NCBI GenBank assembly: GCA_002790835.1
Contig: PFVX01000079.1
Coordinates: 3,130-67,129 of the forward strand
DNA length: 64,000 bases
Source of the DNA: a bacterium CG_4_9_14_3_um_filter_65_15
GTDB lineage: Bacteria; Krumholzibacteriota; Krumholzibacteriia; LZORAL124-64-63
Reading direction: 5' to 3'
In this document: one piece after another, positions 1 through 10,026 of the stretch
How the letters are laid out: each line of letters opens with the position of its first letter
How positions within the stretch are numbered: the first letter of the stretch is position 1
Notes under the pieces: model-generated
Database searches by the model: none
Told to the model about the DNA's origin: nothing
Seen by the model: only the letters and a program-made list of their open reading frames with translations
Translations under genes and position numbers: made by a program

Positions 1-2
1 TG

Positions 3-401
3 GCCAAGGATGAGGCCGGTCATAAGGCCTACTTGATGCAGATCCGGGACGACCTGTTGCGCGAGCAGTCCATCGACGTCCTGCCCGAGGTGGATGCCGA
101 GCACGTCACCAATGTGCGGAGTGTTTTCGAGAACGCCATGACCTCGGTGAATGATCCCTACAACTTCGAGCTCGAGGAACTGGAGATCATCAAGGGCGCC
201 ATGGACGTCGAGCGGCGGGGTTATCACATGTACGCCGACGGCGCCGCCGAGATGACCTCTCCCCGTGCGCGCCAGCTTTTTGAGCACCTGGCCGGTGAAG
301 AGCAGAACCACTTCATCCTGCTCAAGAACACCTTCGACTTCATGTCCGATCCCGAGGGCTTCCAGTCCTTCGACGGCCAGCCCATGCTGGACGGCGGCTA
401 G
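3..401 (+). CDS. Ferritin-like/rubrerythrin family protein (5' partial)
   Basis: Frame is open from the window start (AKDEAGH); repeated ExxH motifs (DEAGH, EEQNH) and a MDVERRGYHMY helix typical of rubrerythrin di-iron domains. Confidence 0.8.
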   Translation, partial: AKDEAGHKAYLMQIRDDLLREQSIDVLPEVDAEHVTNVRSVFENAMTSVNDPYNFELEELEIIKGAMDVERRGYHMYADGAAEMTSPRARQLFEHLAGEEQNHFILLKNTFDFMSDPEGFQSFDGQPMLDGG

Positions 402-404
402 ACC

Positions 405-1442
405 TTGGTCGAATCCGAGCGTCGAGACTTCTTCCGCCGCGTCGTCGCCATGTCTCCCATGGCGACGGGCGGCAACCTTCCCTATCGCCGACTTTGCCGC
501 GAGTATGGTGCCGTAAGGACCTGCAGTGAAATGGTCCTGGCGCACAAGCTCGTCAAGGGCGGCGAGCGGACCCTGCTGCGTCACCACCCCGAGGAAACCG
601 ATTTCGGCGTCCAGCTTGCGGGGAAACACCCCGAAGTGATGGCCGAGGCGGCGGTGATCGGCGTCGAATCCGGCGCGGCCTTCATCGACCTGAATTTCGG
701 TTGCCCCATCGATCTGGTCGTCCGCAAGGGGATGGGAGCCGCCCTCCTGCGCCGCCCGACCAAACTGGTCGAGGTGGTCGCCGCCGTGCGCGAGGCCGTG
801 GACGTTCCCCTGTCCGTCAAGATCCGGCTGGGGTATTCCCAGAAGGAGCTCAATTGCGTGCAGGTGGCCCTGCGGGTCGAAGAGGCCGGGGCCGATGCCA
901 TCGGGATCCACGGTCGGACCCGCAACCAGCGCTACCGGATGAGCGCGGACTGGGCACTCATCGACGAGGTTGCCCGCGCGGTCTCCTTGCCGGTCCTCGG
1001 CAACGGCGACCTTCTGACCTGCTGGGATCTGGAGCGCCGGCGCCGGGAGACCTGCGTGGAATCCTTCCTGGTGGCCCGCGGCGCCCTGGTCAAACCCTGG
1101 GTTTTCGCCGAACTGCACGAGGGCCGTCCGCTGGATCCCCAGCCGGTGGAGCGCTGGAGCATGATGCGTCGCTACCTCGATCTGGCCCGCGAACACTTCG
1201 GGGACGACGAGCAGGGCATGACCCGGGTGCGCCGTTTCTTTCTGTGGCACCTGGGGTTCTGGAACCGCTATTACCCCTGGCAGGAAGAGGATTTCCTGCG
1301 GACGGCGCCGGAATCGCTGTTGCAGGCCCGCAACCCGCACCCCCCGGATGATCCGCAATGGCAGCTCCTGGCCAGCGCCGAGGAAGCAGACCACGAACGG
1401 ATCTGGGAGCGCCTGCTGGCGGGGGAGCACCCGGTAGTTTGA
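405..1442 (+). CDS. tRNA-dihydrouridine synthase (Dus), Dus3-like
   Basis: DLNFGCP catalytic motif, SVKIRLG, IHGRT, GNGD, ARGAL; start may be slightly downstream. Confidence 0.9.
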   Translation: MVESERRDFFRRVVAMSPMATGGNLPYRRLCREYGAVRTCSEMVLAHKLVKGGERTLLRHHPEETDFGVQLAGKHPEVMAEAAVIGVESGAAFIDLNFGCPIDLVVRKGMGAALLRRPTKLVEVVAAVREAVDVPLSVKIRLGYSQKELNCVQVALRVEEAGADAIGIHGRTRNQRYRMSADWALIDEVARAVSLPVLGNGDLLTCWDLERRRRETCVESFLVARGALVKPWVFAELHEGRPLDPQPVERWSMMRRYLDLAREHFGDDEQGMTRVRRFFLWHLGFWNRYYPWQEEDFLRTAPESLLQARNPHPPDDPQWQLLASAEEADHERIWERLLAGEHPVV

Positions 1443-1542
1443 CCGTGCGCCGGGCAGGATTTTCCTTGGCCCGTGCTGGGGCATCAATCATTATCTTGCC
1501 GGCAACCGCTGGACGAGCCGCTCAGGCGAAGGGAGTGTGGGC

Positions 1543-2118
1543 ATGCGAATCTACACCCGAACCGGAGACCAGGGACAGACATCCCTGGGTGACGGCACTC
1601 GCTTGCCCAAGTCGGCGCCCCGGATCGATCTCTACGGGGATATCGACGAACTGAACAGCGTCCTGGGCTGTTGTCTGTCCGTGCTGCCGGCGGAGCAGGA
1701 GGGGACTCTGGCCACCCTGCATGCCGCGCTGCTGGAAATCCAGGATCAACTCTTCGCCTTGGGCATGGTGATCGCCGACCCGGGTCGCTGCCGGGCCGGT
1801 CAGAACCAGGAGCAGGCCTCTTTCCCTGTGAAACGGCTGGAGGATCTCATCGACGGTCTGGACCGCGACCTGCCTCCCCTGAAGAATTTTATCCTGCCCG
1901 GCGGAACTTCCGCCTCGGGATTCCTGCACCTCGCGCGGACGGTCTGCCGTCGCTGCGAACGCAAGGCCGTGGCCCTGGCCGCCGACGAGCCCGTGCCCGC
2001 CTCCGCGGTCATCTTCCTCAATCGCCTCAGCGATTTCCTGTTCACCGCCGCCCGGTCCGCCAACCTCGCGGCGCGGGTGGACGACGTTCCCTGGGCCCCG
2101 AACGGGCAGGACGATTGA
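1543..2118 (+). CDS. PduO-type ATP:cob(I)alamin adenosyltransferase
   Basis: IYTRTGDQGQT, YGDIDELNS, FILPGG, ARTVCRRCER and LNRLSDFLF motifs. Confidence 0.93.
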   Translation: MRIYTRTGDQGQTSLGDGTRLPKSAPRIDLYGDIDELNSVLGCCLSVLPAEQEGTLATLHAALLEIQDQLFALGMVIADPGRCRAGQNQEQASFPVKRLEDLIDGLDRDLPPLKNFILPGGTSASGFLHLARTVCRRCERKAVALAADEPVPASAVIFLNRLSDFLFTAARSANLAARVDDVPWAPNGQDD

Positions 2119-2742
2119 GTGTTCGGTCTGCTTTTTTCCTCGTTTTCGCTGAATAAACCCGACCCGGCAGAGGTATCACCCCTGCAAACGGAGGAACGGG
2201 ATGGTGACCGCCGGGACATCAAGCTTTTTCTGGCGGGCCAGGACCGGGGATTCGAGGACCTGATGAACAGATATCGCCAGAGCGCCTACGGCATTGCCCT
2301 GGGGCTGACCGGCAACCACGACGATGCCATGGACGCCGTCCAGAGGGCGTTCATCAGCGTCCATCGTTCCCTGCCGCGGTTTCGGCTCGCTGAACCCTTC
2401 TTTCCCTGGTTGTACCGGATCGTCCGCAACGCGGCCTTGAATCAACGACGCAACGAAGGGCGCCACCGGGGTGACGTGCCCCTGGAATGGGTGAGGCAGG
2501 GCGACGGGCGGCCCGATCCGCTGCAACAGACCGAGGCGGAGGATTTGCGCCGTCGCTTGTGGGAGGGCATCGGGGAATTGCCGCCGGCCCAGCGGGAGGT
2601 CTTCCTCCTGTACCATTTCCAGGGCCTGAAGTACCGCCGCATCGCCGACACCCTGGGGATTCCCATCGGGACGGTCATGTCGCGCCTGCACAACGCCCGC
2701 CTGCAGTTGCGCCAAGCCATGGGCCTGGAGTCGGAATCATGA
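2119..2742 (+). CDS. ECF RNA polymerase sigma factor
   Basis: Region 2 (DAMDAVQRAF, FFPWLYRIVRN) and region 4 (IADTLGIPIGTVMSRLHNAR); start uncertain. Confidence 0.9.
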   Translation: MFGLLFSSFSLNKPDPAEVSPLQTEERDGDRRDIKLFLAGQDRGFEDLMNRYRQSAYGIALGLTGNHDDAMDAVQRAFISVHRSLPRFRLAEPFFPWLYRIVRNAALNQRRNEGRHRGDVPLEWVRQGDGRPDPLQQTEAEDLRRRLWEGIGELPPAQREVFLLYHFQGLKYRRIADTLGIPIGTVMSRLHNARLQLRQAMGLESES

Positions 2743-3197
2743 ACAACAGCCGGCAGAACCGCGAAGACGACGCCTTGCTCAGCGCCTATGTCGATGGGGA
2801 ACTCGGCCCGCAGGAGGCCGATGCCGTCGAGAAGCGCTTGGCGGAGGACGAACGAGCCCGCCTGCTCGTGGAGCAGCTCCGGCGGATGAAAGAGATCACC
2901 GGAGCCATGCGCATCAAGGACCCGCCCCGGGAGGAGTGGGAAAGGTTCTGGCAGGTCCACTACAACCGTGTGGAACGGTCCCTGGGCTGGCTGCTGTTCG
3001 CCACGGGAGGGCTTGTGGTGCTCGCGTGGGCGGCCTTGTCCCTGATCAACGCCATCTGGAACAGCACCGCACTGCCCGCCCTGGTCCGCTGGGGATCCGT
3101 GGCGGCGGTGGCGGGTGTGGTCGTCCTGCTGGTCTCGGTCGTGCGGGAGCGCTGGCACGTCCGACGGACCACGCGCTACAAGGACATCGCCCGCTGA
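2739..3197 (+). CDS. Membrane anti-sigma factor
   Basis: ATGA overlap with the sigma gene stop; LLSAYVDGEL motif followed by two transmembrane helices. Confidence 0.8.
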   Translation: MNNSRQNREDDALLSAYVDGELGPQEADAVEKRLAEDERARLLVEQLRRMKEITGAMRIKDPPREEWERFWQVHYNRVERSLGWLLFATGGLVVLAWAALSLINAIWNSTALPALVRWGSVAAVAGVVVLLVSVVRERWHVRRTTRYKDIAR

Positions 3198-3208
3198 AAG
3201 GAAGATCC

Positions 3209-3550
3209 ATGGAAGACGACAATCGCGACATGATGGTGGTCACTACCGAAACGATTCCCGGCAAGCGCATTACCCGGACGGTGGGTCTGGTACGGGGGAA
3301 CACCATCCGCGCCCGGCACATCGGGCACGACATCATGGCCGGCCTGAAAAACATGGTCGGCGGCGAGATCAGCGATTACACCAAGATGATCGCCGAGTGC
3401 CGCGAGGAAGCCCTCGATCGCATGGTGGACCAGGCGCGCGCCAACGGCGCCAACGCCGTGGTCGGGGTGCGTTTCGCCACCAGCGAAATGATGGAGCACG
3501 CAGCCGAGCTGCTGGCCTACGGCACGGCGGTGGTGGTCGAGGACCAATAG
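3209..3550 (+). CDS. YbjQ/UPF0145 family protein
   Basis: VTTETIPG, GLVRG, AGLKNMVGGE, GANAVVGVRF and AYGTAV motifs. Confidence 0.92.
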   Translation: MEDDNRDMMVVTTETIPGKRITRTVGLVRGNTIRARHIGHDIMAGLKNMVGGEISDYTKMIAECREEALDRMVDQARANGANAVVGVRFATSEMMEHAAELLAYGTAVVVEDQ

Positions 3551-3582
3551 CCGCGCCGTCATGCGTGGCCAATAGGACAAAA

Positions 3583-3618
3583 AGAAAAGAGGACGCACGA
3601 ACGGCGTCCTCTTTTTCT
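3583..3618. terminator. Bidirectional intrinsic terminator
   Basis: AGAAAAGAGGACGC-loop-GCGTCCTCTTTTTCT hairpin with A and T tracts, between convergent genes. Confidence 0.8.
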
Positions 3619-3651
3619 CATCGGTCGCAGGAAAACGAGGGGCCCGAAAGC

Positions 3652-3831
3652 CTACTCGTCGACCATGCTGATGGCTTCCTCGGGACAGGCGTCCACGCAG
3701 GCTTCGCAATCAATACACTCATCGGAGTTGACTACGGCCTTGCCCTCGACCATGGAGATGACCTCGGTGGGGCAGGCGTCCACGCAATCTTCACAACCGG
3801 CACACTTGGCTTCGTCGACCTTGGCGGGCAT
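3652..3831 (-). CDS. 2[4Fe-4S] ferredoxin
   Basis: Acidic 59-aa protein with two CxxCxxCxxxCP motifs; GGAGG RBS upstream. Confidence 0.95.
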   Translation of the reverse strand: MPAKVDEAKCAGCEDCVDACPTEVISMVEGKAVVNSDECIDCEACVDACPEEAISMVDE

Positions 3832-3916
3832 TGCTCTTCCTCCTGAGACATGGTGCAGGCGCCGCATCGTGCGGCAAACTGGGAGAAAGGTAAGTCATGA
3901 TAGAGCGATGTCAAAT

Positions 3917-3931
3917 CGACAATGATTCTCA
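3917..3931. promoter_or_regulatory. Possible Fur/PerR-family box
   Basis: CGACAAT-G-ATTCTCA resembles the 7-1-7 TGATAAT-N-ATTATCA consensus; upstream of the ferredoxin. Confidence 0.35.
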
Positions 3932-3970
3932 TGAAACAGACAACTGATTGACCATATGGAGATTACCGAA

Positions 3971-4426
3971 TCACCCGTTGGAGCCCGCAGCCATTTTCCG
4001 CAGGTGGGAGAGTTCGGGCCCGGCGTCGCGGAAGAATAGCGGCGGCAGGCACAGCACCAGCAGACCGAAATCGCGCAACAGAAGGGTGATCCCGACCGCG
4101 TGGCCGCCGTCGGTATGGAAGCAACCACAGCTGATGTCCAGCCCGCGAACCAGGGCGCTGGCGATGGCGACGATGAAGATTACCGTGAGCACCGCCGCCA
4201 ACATTGCCGCACCTCGACGCAGGACACCGAACACCAGGGCGAGCCCCACGATCAGTTCGAGGATCGGCAGGCCGTGGGCCATGGGATGCAGGAGGGCGTA
4301 GGGGACCAGGTGATAATGGTCGATGGCCGCGGCAAAAGCCCCGGGCTTCTGCAGCTTGTCCAGGCAGGCGAAAAGAAAGATTCCCCCGGTCACCAGACGA
4401 CAGCCGAAGCCCACCCAGCGCATCAT
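3971..4426 (-). CDS. MauE/DoxX family membrane protein
   Basis: Four hydrophobic segments; RGLDISCGCF motif. Confidence 0.85.
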   Translation of the reverse strand: MMRWVGFGCRLVTGGIFLFACLDKLQKPGAFAAAIDHYHLVPYALLHPMAHGLPILELIVGLALVFGVLRRGAAMLAAVLTVIFIVAIASALVRGLDISCGCFHTDGGHAVGITLLLRDFGLLVLCLPPLFFRDAGPELSHLRKMAAGSNG

Positions 4427-4932
4427 GGCCCGGACTCCCCGGTCAAAGGGGCGCCGGCTGCCCGCCAGGCCTCGAGTCCGCCCGAAAGGATCTCCAGGTC
4501 GACGTATCCCCGAGCCTTCAGGCGGGCGGCGATGGACGAAGCCAGGGACAGGTTTCCGTCCCCGAACAGGATCAGCGGGTCTTCGGGAGTGATGAAATCG
4601 AAGAGGTCCAGCAGGTCGTCGTCGAAGCTGTCCTGCCGGATGGGAACCGAACCCGGGATGGTCGGGGTTGCGCCGATCGGGCCGGGCCTCGTGTCGACGA
4701 ACAGATGGGTGCCGGCGTCGTAAAGGGCGACGGCCTGCTTCGTCGCGATCAAGGGGGCGTCCAGTTCCAGCTTGTAGAAGGTCGGGTCCGCGCTCAGGGG
4801 AAGGCGGTCGGGCCGCAAGGCCCAGCTGACCGCGGTCACGGCCAGGACGATGACCGACAGGGCGCAGGCCTCCATCAACGGCCTGCGCAGGTTCAATTTC
4901 CCCGGGGGTGAGGTCGCGGCCGAAGCTCCCAT
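4423..4932 (-). CDS. Membrane-anchored rhodanese-like domain protein
   Basis: FVDTR, TIPGS and LSGGLEAW rhodanese motifs; N-terminal transmembrane segment. Confidence 0.75.
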   Translation of the reverse strand: MGASAATSPPGKLNLRRPLMEACALSVIVLAVTAVSWALRPDRLPLSADPTFYKLELDAPLIATKQAVALYDAGTHLFVDTRPGPIGATPTIPGSVPIRQDSFDDDLLDLFDFITPEDPLILFGDGNLSLASSIAARLKARGYVDLEILSGGLEAWRAAGAPLTGESGP

Positions 4933-4939
4933 GCCGGCG

Positions 4940-5947
4940 CTACATCCTGACCATGTAGGTCACCGGAACGATGATCTCGGGCATCGCCTTCAGGTCGGTC
5001 TTGATGGTGATGGAGCCCTGGATGCGCCCCTTGGTGTGGATGGCGCGGGGGTCGTCCGCACCGATGGGCGAGCCCGTGATGGGGATGGCATAGGCCCCGT
5101 TGGGAATGGTGATGGTCTTGCCGATTGTCAACTCGGACAGATCGGTGGTCACGCTGAGAATCTTGAAGGCGTCTTGGTCGTGGAAAGGCTTCAGGCGGAG
5201 GTTGACCTGGAACTGGGGCTGGAACCGGAAACTCACCCGCCGCGGCATGACCTCGATGGGGCTGAAGACCTGGGCGTTGATGTCGAGATCCACCGTCGGC
5301 ATTCCCTTGACGTTGGTTTCCACGCGCACGATGTCGTGATGGTTGCCGGGTTCCATATCGGCGGGACGGGTGACCACGAGTTCGGCCCGCGACGGGTTGC
5401 CGTCGACATGGTTCCGGGCCTCGACCTGGAAAAACTGCTGCATGGTGCGGTCGGCCTTGATCTCCAGGTCATGGCCCTCCATGGCGGTGAAGTTCACCAC
5501 CTGGGATTCGCTCTCTCCCTGCAACGACCGCAGAAAGGCGACCCGGCGATCCGGGGTGATGTCCAGCAGGGAGTGGATGTTTGCGGTCAGCACCAGATTC
5601 GCCACCGACGACATTGGGTCATTCGAATGGATCTTGATGGCCTTGATGACTGTTCCGGTGAAGTTCTTGCTGTTGAACTGGATTTCCAGGGGCGCGGATT
5701 CACCGGGGAGGATCTCCTTGACCTTCATCTCGGGGATGGTGCAGCCACAGTCGGGGACCACGTCGGAGATGATCAAAAGGCCGCCGCCGTCGTTGCGGAT
5801 GGTCGCGGTGAAGGTCCGGGTCTCTTCCTGCATCATGTCCCCGAAGTCGTAGGTGGGGGGATCCACGACGATGCTCTGGGCAATGGCGGAAGAACCCGGC
5901 GAAACCGACAGGGCGAGCAGGACGAACAGGATGGCGATTCTGCGCAT
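4940..5947 (-). CDS. DUF1573 domain secreted protein
   Basis: Signal peptide; YDFGD...PDCGCT...ILPGES...SNDP Ig-like motif. Confidence 0.8.
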   Translation of the reverse strand: MRRIAILFVLLALSVSPGSSAIAQSIVVDPPTYDFGDMMQEETRTFTATIRNDGGGLLIISDVVPDCGCTIPEMKVKEILPGESAPLEIQFNSKNFTGTVIKAIKIHSNDPMSSVANLVLTANIHSLLDITPDRRVAFLRSLQGESESQVVNFTAMEGHDLEIKADRTMQQFFQVEARNHVDGNPSRAELVVTRPADMEPGNHHDIVRVETNVKGMPTVDLDINAQVFSPIEVMPRRVSFRFQPQFQVNLRLKPFHDQDAFKILSVTTDLSELTIGKTITIPNGAYAIPITGSPIGADDPRAIHTKGRIQGSITIKTDLKAMPEIIVPVTYMVRM

Positions 5948-6183
5948 GACGGACCTTTCTGACCTCGATCGAGACGGGAGTGGCGAAGCCGCTGCAGCGG
6001 CAGGGCGAGGAAACAATCGCCGAATCCCGAAGTTCCCTTCCACAGTTTGATAATGTTGGGTAATTTCAGTCGCGTGGCAAGTAATCTTGGCCTGCGGCGG
6101 CTTCGGGGAGGCGATTTTCCCGGTTCTTGCTAAAATAAGATCGAACCAGACCAATATGTTTTCCCGAGCCCGGAGGTTTAATC

Positions 6184-7122
6184 ATGTCCGAGAGGATTTT
6201 CCATTCCGTGACCGAGTTGATCGGAGGAACCCCTCTGGTCCGCATCAACCACCTGACCGACGGGGCCGCCGACCTGGTGGTCAAACTCGAGTCGCTCAAT
6301 CCCATGTCCAGTGTCAAGGATCGCATCGGTCTGGCCATGATCGAGGCTGCGGAGAAGGACGGCCGGCTCAAACCGGGCGGCGAGATCATCGAACCGACGA
6401 GCGGAAATACGGGCATCGCCCTGGCCTTCATCGGCGCCGCCCGCGGTTACAAGGTGACCCTGGTCATGCCCGAAAGCATGTCCAAGGAGCGCCGGATCGT
6501 CATGCGGGCCCTGGGCGCCAACCTCGTGTTGACTCCTGCGTCCGAAGGCCTCAAGGGAACCATCGCCAAGGCGAAGCAGATGGCGGCCGAGAATCCGGAC
6601 GCCTTCATGCCCGACCAGTTCGCCAATCCCGCCAATCCCGAGGTCCACGCCCGGACCACCGCCGAGGAGATCTGGGCCGATACCGACGGGCGCGTGGATG
6701 TCTTTGTCGCCGGCATCGGCACCGGGGGCACCTTTACCGGGGTGGCGCGTCGGTTGCGCGAGCTCAACCCCGACCTGCTGGCGGTCGCCGTGGAGCCCGA
6801 GGGTTCGCCGGTGTTGTCGGGAGGGCAGCCGGGGCCGCACAAGATCCAGGGCATCGGGGGCGGCTTCGTGCCGGAAATCCTGGACACGAGCCTGATTTCG
6901 GAGATCATCAAGGTGGGCGACGAGGAGGCCATGGAGATGGCCAGGCGGGCGGCGCTCGAAGAAGGCCTGCTGGTGGGGATCAGTTCGGGAGCGGCCCTGG
7001 TGGCCGGTTGCCGGCTGGCCGCGCGGCCGGACATGGCCGCCAAGCGGATCGTGGCCATCATTCCGTCCTTCGGTGAACGCTACCTTTCGTCCGATCTGTT
7101 CTCCGTTTATCGAGACGAGTGA
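6184..7122 (+). CDS. cysK: Cysteine synthase A
   Basis: SVKDR PLP lysine, [25 protein letters not shown]. Confidence 0.96.
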   Translation: MSERIFHSVTELIGGTPLVRINHLTDGAADLVVKLESLNPMSSVKDRIGLAMIEAAEKDGRLKPGGEIIEPTSGNTGIALAFIGAARGYKVTLVMPESMSKERRIVMRALGANLVLTPASEGLKGTIAKAKQMAAENPDAFMPDQFANPANPEVHARTTAEEIWADTDGRVDVFVAGIGTGGTFTGVARRLRELNPDLLAVAVEPEGSPVLSGGQPGPHKIQGIGGGFVPEILDTSLISEIIKVGDEEAMEMARRAALEEGLLVGISSGAALVAGCRLAARPDMAAKRIVAIIPSFGERYLSSDLFSVYRDE

Positions 7123-7125
7123 TTC

Positions 7126-8052
7126 ATGAATTCCGCCCAGAACAGCAGCTGGCTGCGCCGCCTGACCGCGGAACTCGTGGCCTCCTACCGGGAGCAGGGC
7201 GGGGTCAACATCATGGGCGATCGCCAGCTGCCGGCCCAGAAGGAGATCGTCCGCCTGCTGGAGGATCTGCAGGCCCTGGTGTTTCCCGGGTACCACGGGC
7301 AGGTCCTGCCCCGGGAGGCCGACCTGGAATTCCTGGTGGGCTCCCGTTTGGAGACCCTGGCTCGCGAACTGACCACCGTGATCAGCCAGACCCTGCGCTT
7401 CTGCTGGCACTCGGGTTGCCGCTGCTCGGAGCTGTGGGGCTCCACGGAGAATCAGGCGCCGGGAACCGAAGCCTTCGAGGCGGCGGCCCGGAGGGTGACC
7501 ACCCAGTACCTGGAACAGCTGCCCGGGATCCGCACCCTCCTGAATACCGACGTCCAGGCGGCCTTCGTGGGCGATCCGGCGGCGACGAACACCGAGGAGA
7601 TCATCCTCTGCTACCCTGGCATCACCGCCATCCTGGTGCACCGGTTGGCCCACCCGCTCTATGAGCTGGGCGTGCCCCTGTTGCCGCGCATCATGAGCGA
7701 GTGGGCTCATCACAGTTCGGGCGTGGACATCCACCCGGGCGCGCGCATCGGGCCGCACTTCTTCATCGACCACGGCACCGGTGTGGTGATCGGCGAGACC
7801 ACCGCGATCGGCGCGCACGTGAAGATCTATCAGGGGGTCACCCTGGGCGCCCTCAGCTTTCCCCGCAACCCCGACGGTACCCTCGTCAAGGGCGGGAAGC
7901 GGCACCCCACCATCGGCGACCGGGTGACGATCTACGCCAACGCCACCATCCTGGGCGGCGAGACGGTGATCGGTGATGGGGCGGTGATCGGCGGGGGCAT
8001 GTGGATCACCGATTCGGTGTCGGCGGGGGCGAAGGTGCTGAATTCCCGGTAA
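7126..8052 (+). CDS. cysE: Serine O-acetyltransferase
   Basis: GDPAA, DIHPGA, FIDHGTGVVIGET, KRHPT and hexapeptide repeats. Confidence 0.92.
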   Translation: MNSAQNSSWLRRLTAELVASYREQGGVNIMGDRQLPAQKEIVRLLEDLQALVFPGYHGQVLPREADLEFLVGSRLETLARELTTVISQTLRFCWHSGCRCSELWGSTENQAPGTEAFEAAARRVTTQYLEQLPGIRTLLNTDVQAAFVGDPAATNTEEIILCYPGITAILVHRLAHPLYELGVPLLPRIMSEWAHHSSGVDIHPGARIGPHFFIDHGTGVVIGETTAIGAHVKIYQGVTLGALSFPRNPDGTLVKGGKRHPTIGDRVTIYANATILGGETVIGDGAVIGGGMWITDSVSAGAKVLNSR

Positions 8053-8282
8053 AAGACGGGTCGGTGCCCCGCGCCGGGTTGGGAAAAATGGGATGTCGAT
8101 CGTCGCGCCACGTGGAGGCGGCATTCCGCGAGAACCTGAAGTGGGGCATCCTGACTAAGGGGAACTATTTCGGGAGGCTGTTGTCAACCCTTTACCCCTG
8201 CTCGAATACCCCCTCCAAATGACCGGAATTTTCTCGGGTGAATGTTCGCACCTTGGGAAATCCTGCCTGAGAGTTGGTTATT

Positions 8283-10019
8283 ATGAAATCCCTTCACCCC
8301 GCAGTGTTGCTGCTGTTATTGGCCATTACCGCCACCGTGGCCGCAGGTGATGCCCCGGTGAACCGCCAGGTAAACCGGGAGTTGCACGAGGCGGCCAAAG
8401 GCGCGCCCCTGAATCTGGCTGACCTGGTCTTTGCCCTCAACCCCCGCTTGGGCCTGGGCTTTCCTTCCCAGAATGTGGACAACTACTACGTGTTCCCGCT
8501 GTGCGGCATGGGGCTGGTTCGCCTGACTTTGCTCTGGAGTAATTATGAGCCGTCCAGAGGGCAGTATGATTGGAGCGGGTTGGACAACAAGGTCCGGGTC
8601 CTGCAGGACCTCGGGATCGACATCTTCATGACGTTGCAGTCGGATGCCGATTGGGGCGTCGAACCATCGGATTTCCTGGCGGCCAACCACCCCCCCGCCG
8701 ACATGGCCGACTGGACCACATTCATGACGCACCTGGTGCAGCGCTACAACGGTGACGGCGTGGACGACTTGCCGGGCCTGCTCCGCCCGGTGCGCTATTA
8801 CCAGTTGGCCAACGAATGGCCTTCCCCGCAAAACATCCACGGCGGCTGGACCGGCACCATCGACCAGCTGATCGAATTCTTCAACGCTTCCTACGCTGCG
8901 GTCAAGGCCGCCGATCCCTCCGCCACGGTCGTCCTCGGCGGCATCCCTTCCATCGGGCTTGACGCCATGGTGCTCAACGCCGGGCAAGGTAACTACGTGG
9001 CCAGGCAATCGTACAACGAGACGGTCAAGGATTCCCTGACCGTCGCGATCGCCCAGGATCCCCGCATCGCCGAGGCGGTGGCCGTCCGAGAGCGCGTGCT
9101 GGCCGAAAGCCTTTACGACATGGTGGATCTTCACATGTACGGTCCGGTGGAATTCAACCAGTACCGGATCAGCCGCATCCGCCAGAACGTCGGTGACGTG
9201 CCCCTGGTCTCCTCCGAATGCGGCGGGCCGAATCTGGCCTACGATCCGGTCATCACCCCCGAAGAACACTTCCAGACCGCCATGGACATGAATCTCGACG
9301 CCCTGTCCCGAGGCCTGGTCTACACCATGTGGTTGTCCATGTTCGGACAGGAATACGTTCCCGGCATCGGCCCCACCTGGGGCAACTCCCAGCTTCAGCC
9401 CATCGACAAGAACCAGCAACCTACCGGGGGATTCTGGGCCTATCACCTGCTGGCGGCCATGTTGGACGGAATGGACAGCGTGGAAAAACCCGGCCCCGGC
9501 ATCTACATCATCCACCGGTATGACCAGCCCAACATCCATGTGGCCTGGCGGACGGACGCCAACACCACCTACCAGCTCCCGTCCACCGTCCATGCCCAGA
9601 AAATGATCGTGGTCACTTCTGCCCGGCTTGGCACGTACCAATTAGAACCCGTGCCTGCGAACGGGTTGTTGCAACTCACCGGTCCTTTGCCCATCGTGGT
9701 CAGCGAGATCCTTCCCGGAGGCGTCTCCGGAGATTCCGGCCCTCCGCACCCCACCGTGGCCCTCGGCCAGGTCTGCAACTTCCCCAACCCCTTCAACCCC
9801 GCCATGGAAATCCGATTCGTGCTGGGGGAGGACAGCCGGGTTCAGGTCGAAATATTCAACCTGAGGGGACAAAGGATCGCCACGTTGCTGGACAACGAGT
9901 TGCCGGCCGGACCCCACGGTGTTGTGTGGCACGCCGGGCAACAGCCATCGGGGACCTACTTCTACCGCATCACCGCGGCAGGAAACATCACAACCGGGCG
10001 CTGCGAGCTGGTGAAATGA
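8283..10019 (+). CDS. Secreted clan GH-A glycoside hydrolase (GH39/GH5-like) with C-terminal FlgD/T9SS-like domain
   Basis: Signal peptide; YDWSGLD, QLANEWP (acid/base) and SSECGG (nucleophile); C-terminal NFPNPFNP...IFNLRGQRI...SGTYFYRI. Confidence 0.7.
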   Translation: MKSLHPAVLLLLLAITATVAAGDAPVNRQVNRELHEAAKGAPLNLADLVFALNPRLGLGFPSQNVDNYYVFPLCGMGLVRLTLLWSNYEPSRGQYDWSGLDNKVRVLQDLGIDIFMTLQSDADWGVEPSDFLAANHPPADMADWTTFMTHLVQRYNGDGVDDLPGLLRPVRYYQLANEWPSPQNIHGGWTGTIDQLIEFFNASYAAVKAADPSATVVLGGIPSIGLDAMVLNAGQGNYVARQSYNETVKDSLTVAIAQDPRIAEAVAVRERVLAESLYDMVDLHMYGPVEFNQYRISRIRQNVGDVPLVSSECGGPNLAYDPVITPEEHFQTAMDMNLDALSRGLVYTMWLSMFGQEYVPGIGPTWGNSQLQPIDKNQQPTGGFWAYHLLAAMLDGMDSVEKPGPGIYIIHRYDQPNIHVAWRTDANTTYQLPSTVHAQKMIVVTSARLGTYQLEPVPANGLLQLTGPLPIVVSEILPGGVSGDSGPPHPTVALGQVCNFPNPFNPAMEIRFVLGEDSRVQVEIFNLRGQRIATLLDNELPAGPHGVVWHAGQQPSGTYFYRITAAGNITTGRCELVK

Positions 10020-10026
10020 CCGGGAT

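Noticed and set aside
6076..6092. TGGCAAG...CTTGG as a sigma54 promoter for cysK
   Set aside because: The -24/-12 spacing and the -12 sequence do not fit
8100..8160. Coding-like stretch RHVEAAFRENLKWGIL in the cysE-GH gap
   Set aside because: Too short to assign; it may be another remnant but I cannot support a family call
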